Below, in pieces: positions 25,301 through 34,439 of a DNA stretch of 64,000 bases. The translations under genes were made by a program, and so were the position numbers. The notes below the pieces were generated by a model, which worked only from the letters and a program-made list of their open reading frames with translations, made no database searches and was not told the DNA's origin. Each line of letters starts with the position of its first letter. Position 1 is the stretch's first letter. Source of the DNA: Octopus vulgaris (taxonomy: Eukaryota); the NCBI GenBank assembly GCA_951406725.2, contig OX597814.1, forward strand, positions 103,044,001 to 103,108,000, read 5' to 3'.

Positions 25301-28300
25301 TCTCTTTAGACCCTTCTTTTACTTAATATGATCATTGTTCAATATTTCTTCTATTGGCTCTACCAGCAGACACTTGCTTCTGTCGCCCACCTAGCATACT
25401 TCTTTTGTCATTGAGTTCTTACTACTTGTCTTCTCTATGTCTTGAGCAAACAAGTACATCATAGTGCACCAGGTAGCATGATAAAATGCACCAAGAACCC
25501 TCTGTAAAGTGGCTGATGAACAAGCAGAGACAACATAGCATTGAGAGGAACCTTTACTCTTGTCGAGATATTTACCCAAAGTATTGTGCAGTAAAACTGA
25601 ACTTAACCATGTGGCTACACACAAAGCAAACCTGTTAACCACAAAGCCATGCCTATATCTGTATACATCTAGAAATTATTATTTTACAAACACAAAATAA
25701 GCTTACCAATAAAATCTCGCAACTTCATTTTCCGTAATGTCTGAAAAATATACAGAAATAAATTAAGAAAAAGGATCAGTTTAAGAACAGTTGAGCCATT
25801 TAATGTTATATTTATGTTGAAAATATAGGAATTGTTTTATAAAAGAGACACTCAGAAGCTTGTTTAAAATTGAAATTTTTCTTGCTAAATGTCTAGTGTA
25901 CAGAATTAGTTTATAACCAGACAAGCTAAAATTTCAATGCGGCTCTAACTTTATAGTGGCTTAATGGTGTAACAACTGTAAAAAGTTATTCAAATACCAA
26001 CAGAACCACCCACAGTTCATAGATGAATATAGGCAAGAATAATGTGATGAAAACCTAAAAAATATAAATTAATAACAATGGGCAACAACAACCTTGTCCT
26101 TAGTGTCTTGAGGGATGTTCTAAGTGTACTTTGTATGTAAATCTAAAAATGAAATTGGATTTTTATTATCAATTGTAGTTTTCTTATGACATTATGTTCA
26201 TTTTTCTTCTCATTTAGAAAAAAATTACATAAAAAATATATTAATATAACTCCCAAAACTTAACATTAGGAAAATAAATACCCTGAGCTATATTTCAGGT
26301 ATAAAGTGGGTGATCAGGACAAGACTTAAGCCTCTTGTGTTTTTTGTGTGATGTGAATGTCTATTAAAAGTGACTTCACAGATCATATCAAATATCATTT
26401 GCTATTCCAATGATTTAATGAGAAACCAAAGATCACATAAGGGACTGTTATTTCAGCTTTGTCAGTACAAAAGGAATCATTTAAAAGGCAAATGACTTAA
26501 TTACCCTAACTTAACATCTGCAATGAGACTGTCTCCCCTCAATGCTAAACTTACAGCACCTAATCCTACTTTGGCTCTACAAGTCATATGCAAAGATGCA
26601 GAAAATGAGATTCAATGGCTTCAGTGACGAGTTTAGTGCAAAACTAGGAGTTTATCAAGGCTCAGCTCTCACTCCGCTCCAATTCATCATAGTCCTGCAG
26701 GCCATCACAGAGACATTAACTCTTTAATATTTAAAGCAGCTAAATCTGGCCTCTCACACTTACTTTGTCATTCTAGGAATGAACAATCACATCAAAATCT
26801 CAAAGCTATGAGGATAATGCAAGATTAATTCAAAACAATATGAATGAATGAGCATAACATTCGACAGGGTAAGCTGGATGCTAAAGGGTTAACATTGGCT
26901 ATCCAATGGAAACTCTTGTATGCTGATGATCTTCTCATGGCTGAATCTATAAAGGAATTAGAAAGGAAATTCTGAGAATGAAAGCTAAACCTAGAATCCA
27001 AGAGATCTTAAGGTAAACTTAGCAAAGATGAAATTTTTTAATAAGGAGGAAAGATAGGCCTCTGGTACCTTCAAGGAAATGACCTTGGTCAAATTTCCAA
27101 AATGGGGTAGATATAAACTGCATATAAGCTATGGACTAGAGTTGTTGAATTTTAGGCAGCCTCTGTGAGATATGCAATAAAAGTGTGCAAGAAAAAAGAC
27201 TCCACTGGTATAGATGGGTGATGCATATGAATGAGGCCAACTGTATAAAAGGAGTGCTGGTGACTCAATGTGGCTGGAGCTTGCAAAAGAGGGAGATCTT
27301 ATTTCCAGACAATAAGACCGTCTCTCTCCTTAATGGCAGGTCAGCCTTGGGGAATTCTTGATACTTAAGATTATCTCTCCTCCTCAATGGTAATTATGAC
27401 ATATCCTCTAGAGGTGGAGATAATTTTATTAAACCCAGAATTTGTTATTTGGCACTTGATATACCTGTAAATGTTTACACACACAAACACATGTCTTACT
27501 GACAACTAAACTTTGACTATTAATGTTATTGTTCAAGCAGTAAAATTCTGATTATTTATTAATTACTTCTGAAATTGATAAAAGAATTTCTCACCATAGG
27601 TATTTGCTGGATCCCTATATGGCAGTAAGTGTCGATCTTTTTATATGTCAGACTAATTTTATCATCAAATTCTTGTCTCTTTTCTTCAACTGAAATTCAT
27701 TTATGCAAAGTTAATCAAATTCTATATTAATGAATATAAATGAATTGAAGGAAAAATATTAAACAAGTGTTGTTATCATATTTAATATACTGGTCCTCAA
27801 ACAACTAATTGGAAATCAATACAGGTTGAAAAAACAAAACAAAGTCATTAGCTCACTAACGAATATTTTAATCATTTCACAAAGTATGGAAGGCACATGA
27901 TACTTAGGCACCACTGTACTTGCCAAAGTTATAATTAAGTTGATGTGGAAAATTAGTAAATTAAAACAAAGAAAAAAAAGTCAAACATTGAACTTAATGT
28001 CCAAAGTTGAGTCACGTAATTAACTCAGGAATAGGGACCTTACAGAAGAGGTGACAAATGATCAAACTGACCTTAGATACATGGTGTTCAAGATCTACCC
28101 ATCTTAGTGAAACTGGGTTTCTGAAAACACAATGTGTATAAATACACACACATTCACAATTTCCCCTTCAAGCCTTCCCTACCATCCATCTTTATTTTAT
28201 CACTGACACCTCCATTACCTTCAGAACTGCATATTTCATCATCTTGTTCGATGATACCAGTTAGCTTTCTCACTTCCCTTATCAACCACCCATCTTTCTT

Positions 28301-31300
28301 AACATTGTCCCTCCCCTCCACTCCACTCACATTTTGCATTGTTCTCTCACCTGTGCTACCAAATTAACTCTCCTTCTTAACCATTATACATCATTCTCTC
28401 AATCACACAACGCCTGCTTCCCCCTTAACACTCATCCAACTTACCCACCAATATGTCAACTTTGTGCCTCTCTTCAACCACTTCTGCACTGATAGTCATT
28501 ACCTAATCTTCAAACTTTCTCCCATTTCAAGTATCATTGATCACACCTCCATCCTTGCCCACCACTCACTATTTCCACCCCTCAAACCTGGCCAATCACC
28601 ACAGTCATCAGCTACTTTAGATTTATCATCAGCCACTCCTCAACTCATGTTTTTCTAAATACTCACCCCACCACTCATAATCCCCATACACTCTTGTAAC
28701 TGCTACCCACTCAGACTTCCTGTACTGTTCCCACTCACCCTGTAATGTGAGGGTCAACCCTGACACTTCATCACCCCTATTGTTTGTCTCTCTTTCCACT
28801 TCCACCCCATCCACTCTCCCATTTCTGAGTAGCCATGTATCTTCTCCACAAGGAACCTGCTTTTTTCTTATCGCTTCTCATCTCTAGTATAAAGCTCTCA
28901 CTCAATTGAAGACAATGTTATGTCTTGAAAGTTGAGTGGCAACCTCACTAATGCTGGTGCCATGAAAAGAGCATCCTGTACACTTTGTTGTTAAGTAGTT
29001 GGCCATAGAAACCATGCCAAAACAGACATTAAAGCACAATGCAGTGTTCAGAGCAGTCAGATCTTGTCAACCCTCCCAACTCCTGCTAGAATGAAAGTTG
29101 AATGTTAAAAGATGACCTTGAACTCCCACTCTCTGAGTTTTCTTTACCACTTTTTCCATGTTAACAAATATGATTCCCAATTTCAGTGGGGAAAAATTCC
29201 TTTGTGGCATGTTCAGAAGAAGAGAGAAAAAAAAAAATTTTCCCACAGAAATCAAGAAGAGGTTCCTATAAATTTACCCAAAGGCCAACTATACAAGTGT
29301 GTGTCCTCCACCACTGTTTCCTCATAACTTTCTGAAAAATGATTGGTTTTAAATGAAATTTTCTGCATATATACTTCAGATGATGTAAATTCCAATTACA
29401 TCAGAATTTGTAAAAATAAATTTCTCTGCAGGTGAGGAGAGGAGTTTGGATAATTCACACAATTTGGCTTTGTTTCCTCATATTATCATCATCATCATTT
29501 AACATCCACCTTCCATGCTAGCATGGGTGGGGCAGCTTCACAAGAGCCAACCAGGTGGAAGCCTGCACCAGACTTCTGTGACTGTTTTGGCAAGATTTTT
29601 ACAGCTGGATGCCCTTCCTAGCACCAACCACCCAGCAGAATGGACTTGGTGCTTTTTTCGTGGCACAAGCACAGGCAAGGTCAGTTTTGGCAAGGTTTTT
29701 ATAGCTGGATGCCCTTCTAAACACTTTACAGTGTGGATTGGGTGCTTTTAAGTGACACCTGCAACTGACAGGGTCACCAAGTACCTTGCAAGACAAAAAA
29801 ATAAAAAATAAAACTTTCAAAAGAGGTGATCTTGTGTCGGATGATGAAAGGTTATAGTGAAACAGAAACAGGTGTCTTGCTGTAGGGGAAGTATAAGGTT
29901 ACCCAGCCAGGGAGAGAGAAAGAGTGAGTGGGAGACAGCATACAAGTGTGGGGATCAGAATACAAATGGGATGGTTGAGTAAAGGAAGAGATACAGATGG
30001 TGGCAAGCGCCAGGGCATACCCCTGAGGTTCGAATGCCATAATGTAAGTGACAGGATATTGCGAAGGAAGTGTGATTAAAGAGTGCAGAGGGAGGGGGAG
30101 TGAGTGACAAAAACCTGGGTATATAGAGTCGGTGGGGGAGAACTACTGGATAGCAATGATACAGAGGAACAGGGCCGCGAGGTCAGGATTGGGGAGTGAG
30201 AACTAGGCATAGTGTACGAAGGAAGAAATGTAGATTGGTTTGTTGGGGGTAGGGTGAGCGAAAAGTTTTCTTGTTATATGTAGATGGAACACACAGGTCA
30301 AGGGCTAGCAGATAGTAATAGTACAGTGAGACAGGGCATGGAGGTGAAACACATAGGTCAGGGGTTAGTGGAGAGCAATGATACAGTGGCACAGCGCCAA
30401 GAGGACAGGATTAGAGTGTGGGAGATAAGCATAGTGCACGAAGTGGAAATGTGAGGAAGAGATGTAGAGACATAATTTGGTTTGTTATGGTAGAGTGTGC
30501 GGTAAGTTTTCTTGTTGAGTGTGGATGGGACACACAATGCTTCTAGAACTCAGTTCCACTGACGTGGGCAGGTCTTCTCAAAAACTTCATATTGCCAGAC
30601 ATCTGAGTCCATTGTCATTTCCTCCATAAGGCCCAACATCCTGAGATCAGTCCCCACCACTTCTGAGGGTATCATCCATTTTCAGTGATCAGCACTTCTT
30701 TATGCAGCTGTCCTCATTCATGTGCATCACATGTCCAACCCAACGTAGTCTTCTCTCTTGCATGCTGCATTTGATTCCTCTTATGCCCAACTTTTCTCTC
30801 AATACATTTGCACTTTGTCATACATGTGCAATGATGTTGCACATCCAACAGAGCATACTACCTTCATTGCTCTCCGGTCTATGCATGTCTTCTGCATTCA
30901 TAGCCCATGTCTCACTACCATACAGTAAAGCCATTTTTACACAAGCATCATATAATCTACCTTTCACTCTGAGAGAGTCCTTTTGTTGCCAACAGAGGTA
31001 ATATCTCTCTGAACTTCCTCCACCCAATTCTTATTCTAGAAATAATACTTTCAGAGCAACTTCCACCATTGCTCATTTGGTGACCTAGATAACAGAAACT
31101 ATCTACAATCTCAAGAGAGCCTCCTGGGCATTTGAGAGAGTCTAAGTCCTGTGTGCTCTTAGTGCTTATTGTTCCTGCACATCTGCCACATGCAAAAAAT
31201 TCTACCTGTGATTCCACTGCACCTCTTATGTGTCCATAGTTTACATTGGGTGCAGTGAATGGAATTTCTTCCAACTCCTTTCCTACATACTGAGCAGGGC

Positions 31301-33750
31301 CATTTACCTGACGGAAAGATAGTTTTATCTTCTTTCTTATTAAAAACAACTTTACTCTTAGCTAGATTAACTTTAAAGCCCTTTGATTCCAGGTTTTGTT
31401 TCCATACCTGGAATTTCTTCCCCAATTCTGCAATAAGAGCAAAGTCATCAGCATATAGCAGTTTCCACAGGCATCTAGTTTTGAATTCCTCTGTTACGGC
31501 ATGGAGGACTATAATGAATAGGAGTGGGCTGAGAACTGAGCTATAATGAAGATGTATGTTATGTGTGTCAGTATATATGTGTGTGTGTCCATCTCATTTT
31601 CTTCCATCTGGTTTTCCAGGAAAGTGTCATTCTCAATCACTGGTGTAGTAGTATTATAGCTAGTTGCTACAAGAGTAAAGGTGATGCCTTAGATACAAAC
31701 AACTACAGAAGTATCAAATGGCTGGACCAGGTCATGAAAATTACAGAGAGAGAGAGAATTATAGCTCAATTGGTTAGGAATAGAATTGCACTAGATGAGA
31801 TGCAGTTTGCTTTTGTACCTAAGAAGAGTCCCACAGATGCCATTTTCCTAGTGAGACAGTTGTAGGAAAAGTATTTGGCCAAAAGTAAGCCATTGTACTT
31901 AGCTTTTGTTGACCTGAAGAAAGCTTTCGACAGTCACCCTGCCGTTATCTGGTGGTCTCTAACGAAGTTAAGAGTAGAAGAGTGGCTTGTTAGAGCTCTA
32001 CAAGTCATGTACAGTGGTGCTGTCAGTAGGGCGAGAGTTGGCCACAAATAGTGATGAATTTAGCATACAAGTAGTTCATCAGGGTTCAGTTCTCAGCCCC
32101 ACTGTTATTCATCGTAGTCCTCCACGCCATAACAGATGAATTCAAAACTGGATGCCTGTGGAAACTACTATATGCTGATGACGTTGCTCTTATTGCAGAA
32201 TTGGAGAAGAAATTCCAGGTGTGGAAGCAAAACCTAGAATCAAAGTTAACCTAGCAAAGACCAAAGTTGTTAGCAAAAAAAGCAGATAAGAGTCCGTTTC
32301 CATCAGGTAAATGGCCCTGCTCAATATGTAGGAAAGGAGTTGGAAGTAATTCTATTTGCTGCACCCAGTGTAAGCTATAGACACATAAAAGGTGCAGTGG
32401 ATCTCAGGTGGATTAACAGATAAAGTCACCTTTGTATGTGACAGATGTGCAGGAACAATAAGCACTAAGGACACACAGGACTTAGACTCTCTCAAATGCC
32501 CAGGAGGTTCTCTTGAGGTTGTAGATAGTTTCTGTTCCCCAAGTGACCAAATTAGCCATAGTGGAGGATGCTCTGAAAATATTGTTAACAGAATAAGAAG
32601 AGGATGGAGGAAGTTCAGAGAGCCGTTACCTCTGTTGGCAACAACAAAAGGACTCTCTCTTCAAGTTAAAGGTAGATTATATGATGCTTTTTGTAAAAAT
32701 GGCTATACTCCATGGTAGTGAGACATGCATAGACTAGATGGAAATGAAGGCAGCATTCTCCATTGGATGTGCAACATCAGTGTGCATGTATGACAAAGTG
32801 CAAATGTATCGAGTGAAAAGTTGGGGATAAGAGGAATCAAATGCACCATGCAAGAGAAGAAGATGACTACGTTGGTTTGGACATGTGATGCATACGATTG
32901 AAGGGCAGAGGCATGAAGAAGTGCTGATACCTGAAAGTGGATGATGCCTGTGGAAGAGGGAAACTCAGGGACCAATCCCAGGTTGTTGGGCTTCATGGAC
33001 GAAATGACACTGGACTGAAATGTCTGGCGATATAAGATACTTGAGAAGACCTACCCACATCAGCGAAACTGAGTTCCACCCGTTAAAATTCTTACAAAAT
33101 AAATTCAAATTATTTTTAAAAAAATGAATGAGTTTTAGATCATGTTCTCGATACTGTTTTCTCACATGCAGAAGAAATTCGTTTTCTAAAGAGTGGGTTA
33201 CAACTACATTGACAAAATTTAGAGACAGAGAAAATTGGGGGCGGGGTTGAATTTCGGACGGTTCTTCCAGGTTCGATTTTACTAATTTTTGTTAAATGAA
33301 GTCTTTTTGTTTCTTTTTCTCTTTTCAAACATCAAATTAATCGTAATTTACAACCTTAGAAAGAAATTTCCTCAAAAATGTAATATAAAAAATATCTTAA
33401 CAAGCGTTACGAAGAAACAAAGCCTGGGGTCACAATCTATAGATATGTCAGTTGTTTAAGCATCAAGTGAAACCTGATCTAGCAGACATTTCAACCATGA
33501 CCATCCCATCTAAGACTGTGTCATCACTGGTTGGCAGGCATGAACGTTACCACAATCAAAGATGGCTTAGGGAAGGGAGCTCTAGAAACGATCGGCCTAT
33601 ATTTATAAGCTACTTACATTTACGGTCAAAATCGCCGAGGAAGACTTGCAGTTTCGCCTGTTGTTCTGCTTTCGTCAAATCCTTTCCTTCGTCTCCATTG
33701 GGAAGAGCCGGGACGCATCGCACTTTCTTTGTCGGTCTTTTACGGGGCAT
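1301..33750 (-). CDS. CDCA8: Borealin / CDCA8 (chromosomal passenger complex subunit), 15 coding exons, 963 nt, 320 aa
   Basis: Exons 33750-33618, 27689-27595, 25740-25707, 23925-23841, 21754-21700, 18701-18674, 14394-14349, 11559-11505, 10048-10021, 7944-7914, 3182-3122, 2711-2680, 1813-1736, 1604-1490, 1387-1301. All introns GT-AG and phases chain into one stop-free ORF. N-terminal KLQVFLGDFDRKFEEKRQ...QIPMTLRKMKLRDFIAAGG and C-terminal TPAITPKFDTR...RSPRQGERFMSLAGSPV match Borealin motifs. Confidence 0.93.
1490..1604 (-). CDS. CDCA8: CDCA8 coding exon 14 (LPITPFDRSPRQGERFMSLAGSPV...)
   Basis: TTCTAAG acceptor, CGA|GTAAGT donor, 115 nt, phase 2 to 0; RxPxxGExxxSxxGSP motif. Confidence 0.92.
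1736..1813 (-). CDS. CDCA8: CDCA8 coding exon 13 (QQTPLTNW...TPAITPKFDTR)
   Basis: TTCTGTAG acceptor, CAG|GTGAGT donor, 78 nt, phase 2 to 2; TPKFD motif. Confidence 0.92.
1860..2380 (-). mobile_element. RTE LINE 3' fragment
   Basis: VEGTCGKGRARKTWDKVV motif plus the shared 3' UTR (TTCTACAGCTGGATGCCCTTCCTAA). Confidence 0.8.
2680..2711 (-). CDS. CDCA8: CDCA8 coding exon 12 (RSSKRTVSNAK)
   Basis: TTTTATTAACAG acceptor, AA|GTAAGT donor, 32 nt, phase 0 to 2. Confidence 0.85.
3122..3182 (-). CDS. CDCA8: CDCA8 coding exon 11 (RQRRPRNTKGSMQPPSTIKT)
   Basis: TTTTTAAAG acceptor, ACG|GTAAGA donor, 61 nt, phase 2 to 0. Confidence 0.85.
3630..7170 (-). mobile_element. Decayed near full-length RTE LINE (APE endonuclease plus RT)
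   Basis: VDLCCIQE, GSRNEEETRLLEFCDANNLMMCNTNF, QIDYIL, IPNDW, GLRVNLAKTKV, RLYDACVRTTMLH, with many stops and frameshifts. A short same-family 3' piece is nested at about 5798-6025. Confidence 0.9.
7914..7944 (-). CDS. CDCA8: CDCA8 coding exon 10 (DAIDMSIKRTL)
   Basis: TTCTTCAG acceptor, TT|GTAAGT donor, 31 nt, phase 1 to 2. Confidence 0.8.
8424..8751. mobile_element. MITE-like element with imperfect terminal inverted repeats
   Basis: GTTAATTTCTGTAAAACTTTTTTTATTTATTT...TTTTAAAGTAAAAG is mirrored by CTTTCACTTTAAAACAAAAGGAAATAAATAAAAAAA...GAAATTAAC. Confidence 0.55.
10021..10048 (-). CDS. CDCA8: CDCA8 coding exon 9 (PLIENELLT)
   Basis: TTTATTTACAG acceptor, CAG|GTTAGT donor, 28 nt, phase 0 to 1. 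Confidence 0.8.
10612..10830 (-). mobile_element. SINE fragment (same family at about 9600-9710, 20905-21065 and 34303-34439)
   Basis: Shared GGTTTCAAATTTTGGCACAAGGCCAGCAA...ACTGGTACTTA...GAAAGGATGAAAG...GGAATTTGAAC body. Confidence 0.75.
11077..11335 (+). mobile_element. tRNA-derived SINE
   Basis: A-box TGGTTTAGTGG, B-box GAGTTCAATC, body GTGTCCTTGAGCAAGACACTT; 3' half shared with the copy at 52408-52662. Confidence 0.8.
11505..11559 (-). CDS. CDCA8: CDCA8 coding exon 8 (KKTKLKAVPENNLPLFEK)
   Basis: TTCTTATTTTAG acceptor, AAG|GTATGT donor, 55 nt, phase 2 to 0. Confidence 0.82.
12130..12690 (-). mobile_element. CR1/L2-type LINE 3' fragment
   Basis: Minus strand reads HYTRKIDLVKQMNYWERLQELNLYTLERR, the typical CR1-group RT C-terminus. 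Confidence 0.7.
12965..14042 (+). mobile_element. Mariner (DD34D) transposon, 5'-truncated; transposase ORF 12945-13919 with late premature stop
   Basis: WIPRLL, ITQDETWVHHYDPETK, LLQDNAPVH, HPPYSPDLAHSDFHLF motifs. TGA at 13917 is followed by in-frame WEKCITLGGSYVEND*. 3' TIR TTACTTATTGAACGCCCCTCG plus TA at 14020-14042. Confidence 0.95.
14349..14394 (-). CDS. CDCA8: CDCA8 coding exon 7 (ATSLQMLDLQEAPSTM)
   Basis: TTTATTTAG acceptor, AT|GTAGGT donor, 46 nt, phase 1 to 2. Confidence 0.75.
14549..16475 (-). mobile_element. Internally deleted piggyBac-like transposon
   Basis: TTAA at 14545-14548 and 16476-16479 flank CCCTTTAGGGTT and AACACTAAAGGA termini. Minus-strand remnants include LVNSYIDY...HLQFQVDIASHL..GFSSRK, a Cys-rich tail, and N-terminal MASASNDSNFEGF. 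Confidence 0.7.
16157..16450 (+). repeat. RTE-derived 3' fragment with about 66-bp tandem units and (GAT)n tail, nested in the piggyBac remnant
   Basis: About 2.5 copies of GGTTCCTGTGTTGGTGGCACGTAAAAAGCACCATTCGAGCGTGGTCATTGCCAGTGCTGCCTGACT. About 20 related short (GAT)n/(ATC)n-tailed copies occur across the window in both orientations. Confidence 0.8.
17360..18575 (-). mobile_element. RTE LINE 3' fragment
   Basis: RLYDACVRIAMLHNNETWAVTVENMRRFERNEASMIRWMCNVS. Confidence 0.88.
18674..18701 (-). CDS. CDCA8: CDCA8 coding exon 6 (TFQKVAGDC)
   Basis: TTTTTACAG acceptor, G|GTAAGT donor, 28 nt, phase 0 to 1. Confidence 0.8.
18960..20700 (-). mobile_element. RTE LINE 3' half with 3' UTR and (GAT)n tail
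   Basis: EFRVEVGVH.GSVLSPLLFIIV, LLYADNL, RVKGRLYDACVRTAMLHGSETW, RRLRWYGHVVRM. Confidence 0.92.
21700..21754 (-). CDS. CDCA8: CDCA8 coding exon 5 (NAIACGKKASKNQLYNDP)
   Basis: TTTTCTTTCCAG acceptor, CCA|GTAAGT donor, 55 nt, phase 2 to 0. Confidence 0.82.
21803..23136 (+). mobile_element. RTE LINE 3' fragment with short 5' inversion
   Basis: LEVVDSFRYL, RIRIAWAKFRELLPLL, tandem 3' UTR units and GATGATGAT tail; 21803-21850 is the reverse complement of upstream RTE sequence. Confidence 0.9.
23488..23830 (+). mobile_element. tRNA-derived SINE (related pieces at about 57720-57810 and 60330-60550)
   Basis: Head GGCATGGCTGTAGGGTAAGAAG...GGGTTCAGTTCCACTGCATGGCACCTTGGGCAAGTG; tail GCTCCAGCATGGC...TGACTGAAACAAGTAAAA. 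Confidence 0.8.
23841..23925 (-). CDS. CDCA8: CDCA8 coding exon 4 (AAGGTFESALQ...AVESL)
   Basis: ATTTCAG acceptor, CT|GTAAGT donor, 85 nt, phase 1 to 2. Confidence 0.9.
25707..25740 (-). CDS. CDCA8: CDCA8 coding exon 3 (TLRKMKLRDFI)
   Basis: TTTTTCAG acceptor, G|GTAAGC donor, 34 nt, phase 0 to 1. Confidence 0.9.
26590..27340 (+). mobile_element. Decayed RTE LINE fragment interrupted by a piggyBac-type MITE
   Basis: GVYQGSALTPLQFIIVLQAITE ... LYADDL, split by the 26720-26888 insertion. Confidence 0.75.
26720..26888. mobile_element. piggyBac-type MITE
   Basis: TTAA at 26716-26719 and 26889-26892; ends CTCTTTAATAT and ATGCTAAAGGG resemble the termini of 14549-16475. Confidence 0.7.
27595..27689 (-). 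CDS. CDCA8: CDCA8 coding exon 2 (FEEKRQEFDDK...QQIPM)
   Basis: TTTCAG acceptor, ATG|GTGAGA donor, 95 nt, phase 1 to 0. Confidence 0.92.
29485..31545 (-). mobile_element. RTE LINE 3' portion with long 3' UTR
   Basis: SSVLSPLLFIIV, LLYADDFA, GFKVNLAKSKV, RVKGRLYDACVKMALLYGSETW. Confidence 0.88.
31605..33076 (+). mobile_element. RTE LINE RT fragment, inverted relative to its neighbour
   Basis: NYRSIKWLDQVMK, MQFAFVP, TDAIFLVRQL, AFVDLKKAFD, LLYADDVA. Confidence 0.9.
33618..33750 (-). CDS. CDCA8: CDCA8 coding exon 1 (MPRKRPTKK...FLGDFDRK)
   Basis: ATG at 33750 preceded by AAAAAA; acceptor TTATTAG just upstream (exon begins 33765); donor T|GTAAGT, phase 1. Confidence 0.93.
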
Positions 33751-34016
33751 TTTTTTGTTTTCAGCCTAATAAATCAATAAATCGTTATTTCATAGGTGAC
33801 GAATTCACATATTGTCATGTATATAAATTAGCAGCTGTAAACGGTGACTAATAACGAGAGATATTTAAAAAAATCTTTGGCGGAAATTCAACGATGGAGA
33901 CATAATAAAAACAATAATAATCTATTTAGTCTGTAGTGGTTTAGTAGTACCGTGGTTTATTATAAGATATTAAACGTTCGTGTAAATATGGTGAAAACGA
34001 AAAATATGACATTTAC

Positions 34017-34085
34017 CTGGAGGGTAACTAAGAGAAATAGAAAGAATTTAAAGAGAAGAAATAATAAAAGCAAATCAGTTGGAAA
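34017..34085 (-). other. Probable non-coding first exon (5' UTR) of CDCA8
   Basis: Strong donor CCAG|GTAAAT at 34017/34016 that would pair with the acceptor at 33766; pyrimidine-rich on the minus strand; lies just downstream of the promoter motifs. The TSS is not resolved. Confidence 0.6.
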
Positions 34086-34087
34086 AA

Positions 34088-34144
34088 TTTAAAAGTAGCC
34101 GCCGAAGATGGTGCTCAGCGATGTGGAGGCTCTCGACCAATCAG
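34088..34144 (-). promoter_or_regulatory. CDCA8 proximal promoter: NF-Y CCAAT box plus CDE/CHR-like tandem
   Basis: GACCAATCAG at 34135-34144. Minus-strand GGCGG (34103-34099) is followed after 4-5 nt by TTTTAAA (34094-34088). Locally CpG-rich. Confidence 0.55.
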
Positions 34145-34302
34145 CGCTCACGATTTCGTCACATGTCATTCCTATGACTGTGTTCGGAATTGCACTTGTT
34201 TTGTTCGAGAATGACAGAATAATAATCTGAAACGAAGTTTTGATGACTTTTTTCACCGACATACACCTTTCCCCCGTGTTACGTCCCTGATAATATTGCT
34301 TT

Positions 34303-34439
34303 CAAATTTTGGTTCAAGGCCAGCAATTTCGGGGGTAGGGTAAGTCGATTACATTGACATCGGTACTCAACGGGTACCTATTTAATCAACCCGGAACGGA
34401 TGAATGGTAAAGTCAACCTCGGCGGAATTTGAACACAGA
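34303..34439 (-). mobile_element. Truncated SINE with 22-bp target-site duplication
   Basis: ACGTCCCTGATAATATTGCTTT at 34281-34302 and again at 34440-34461. Confidence 0.85.
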
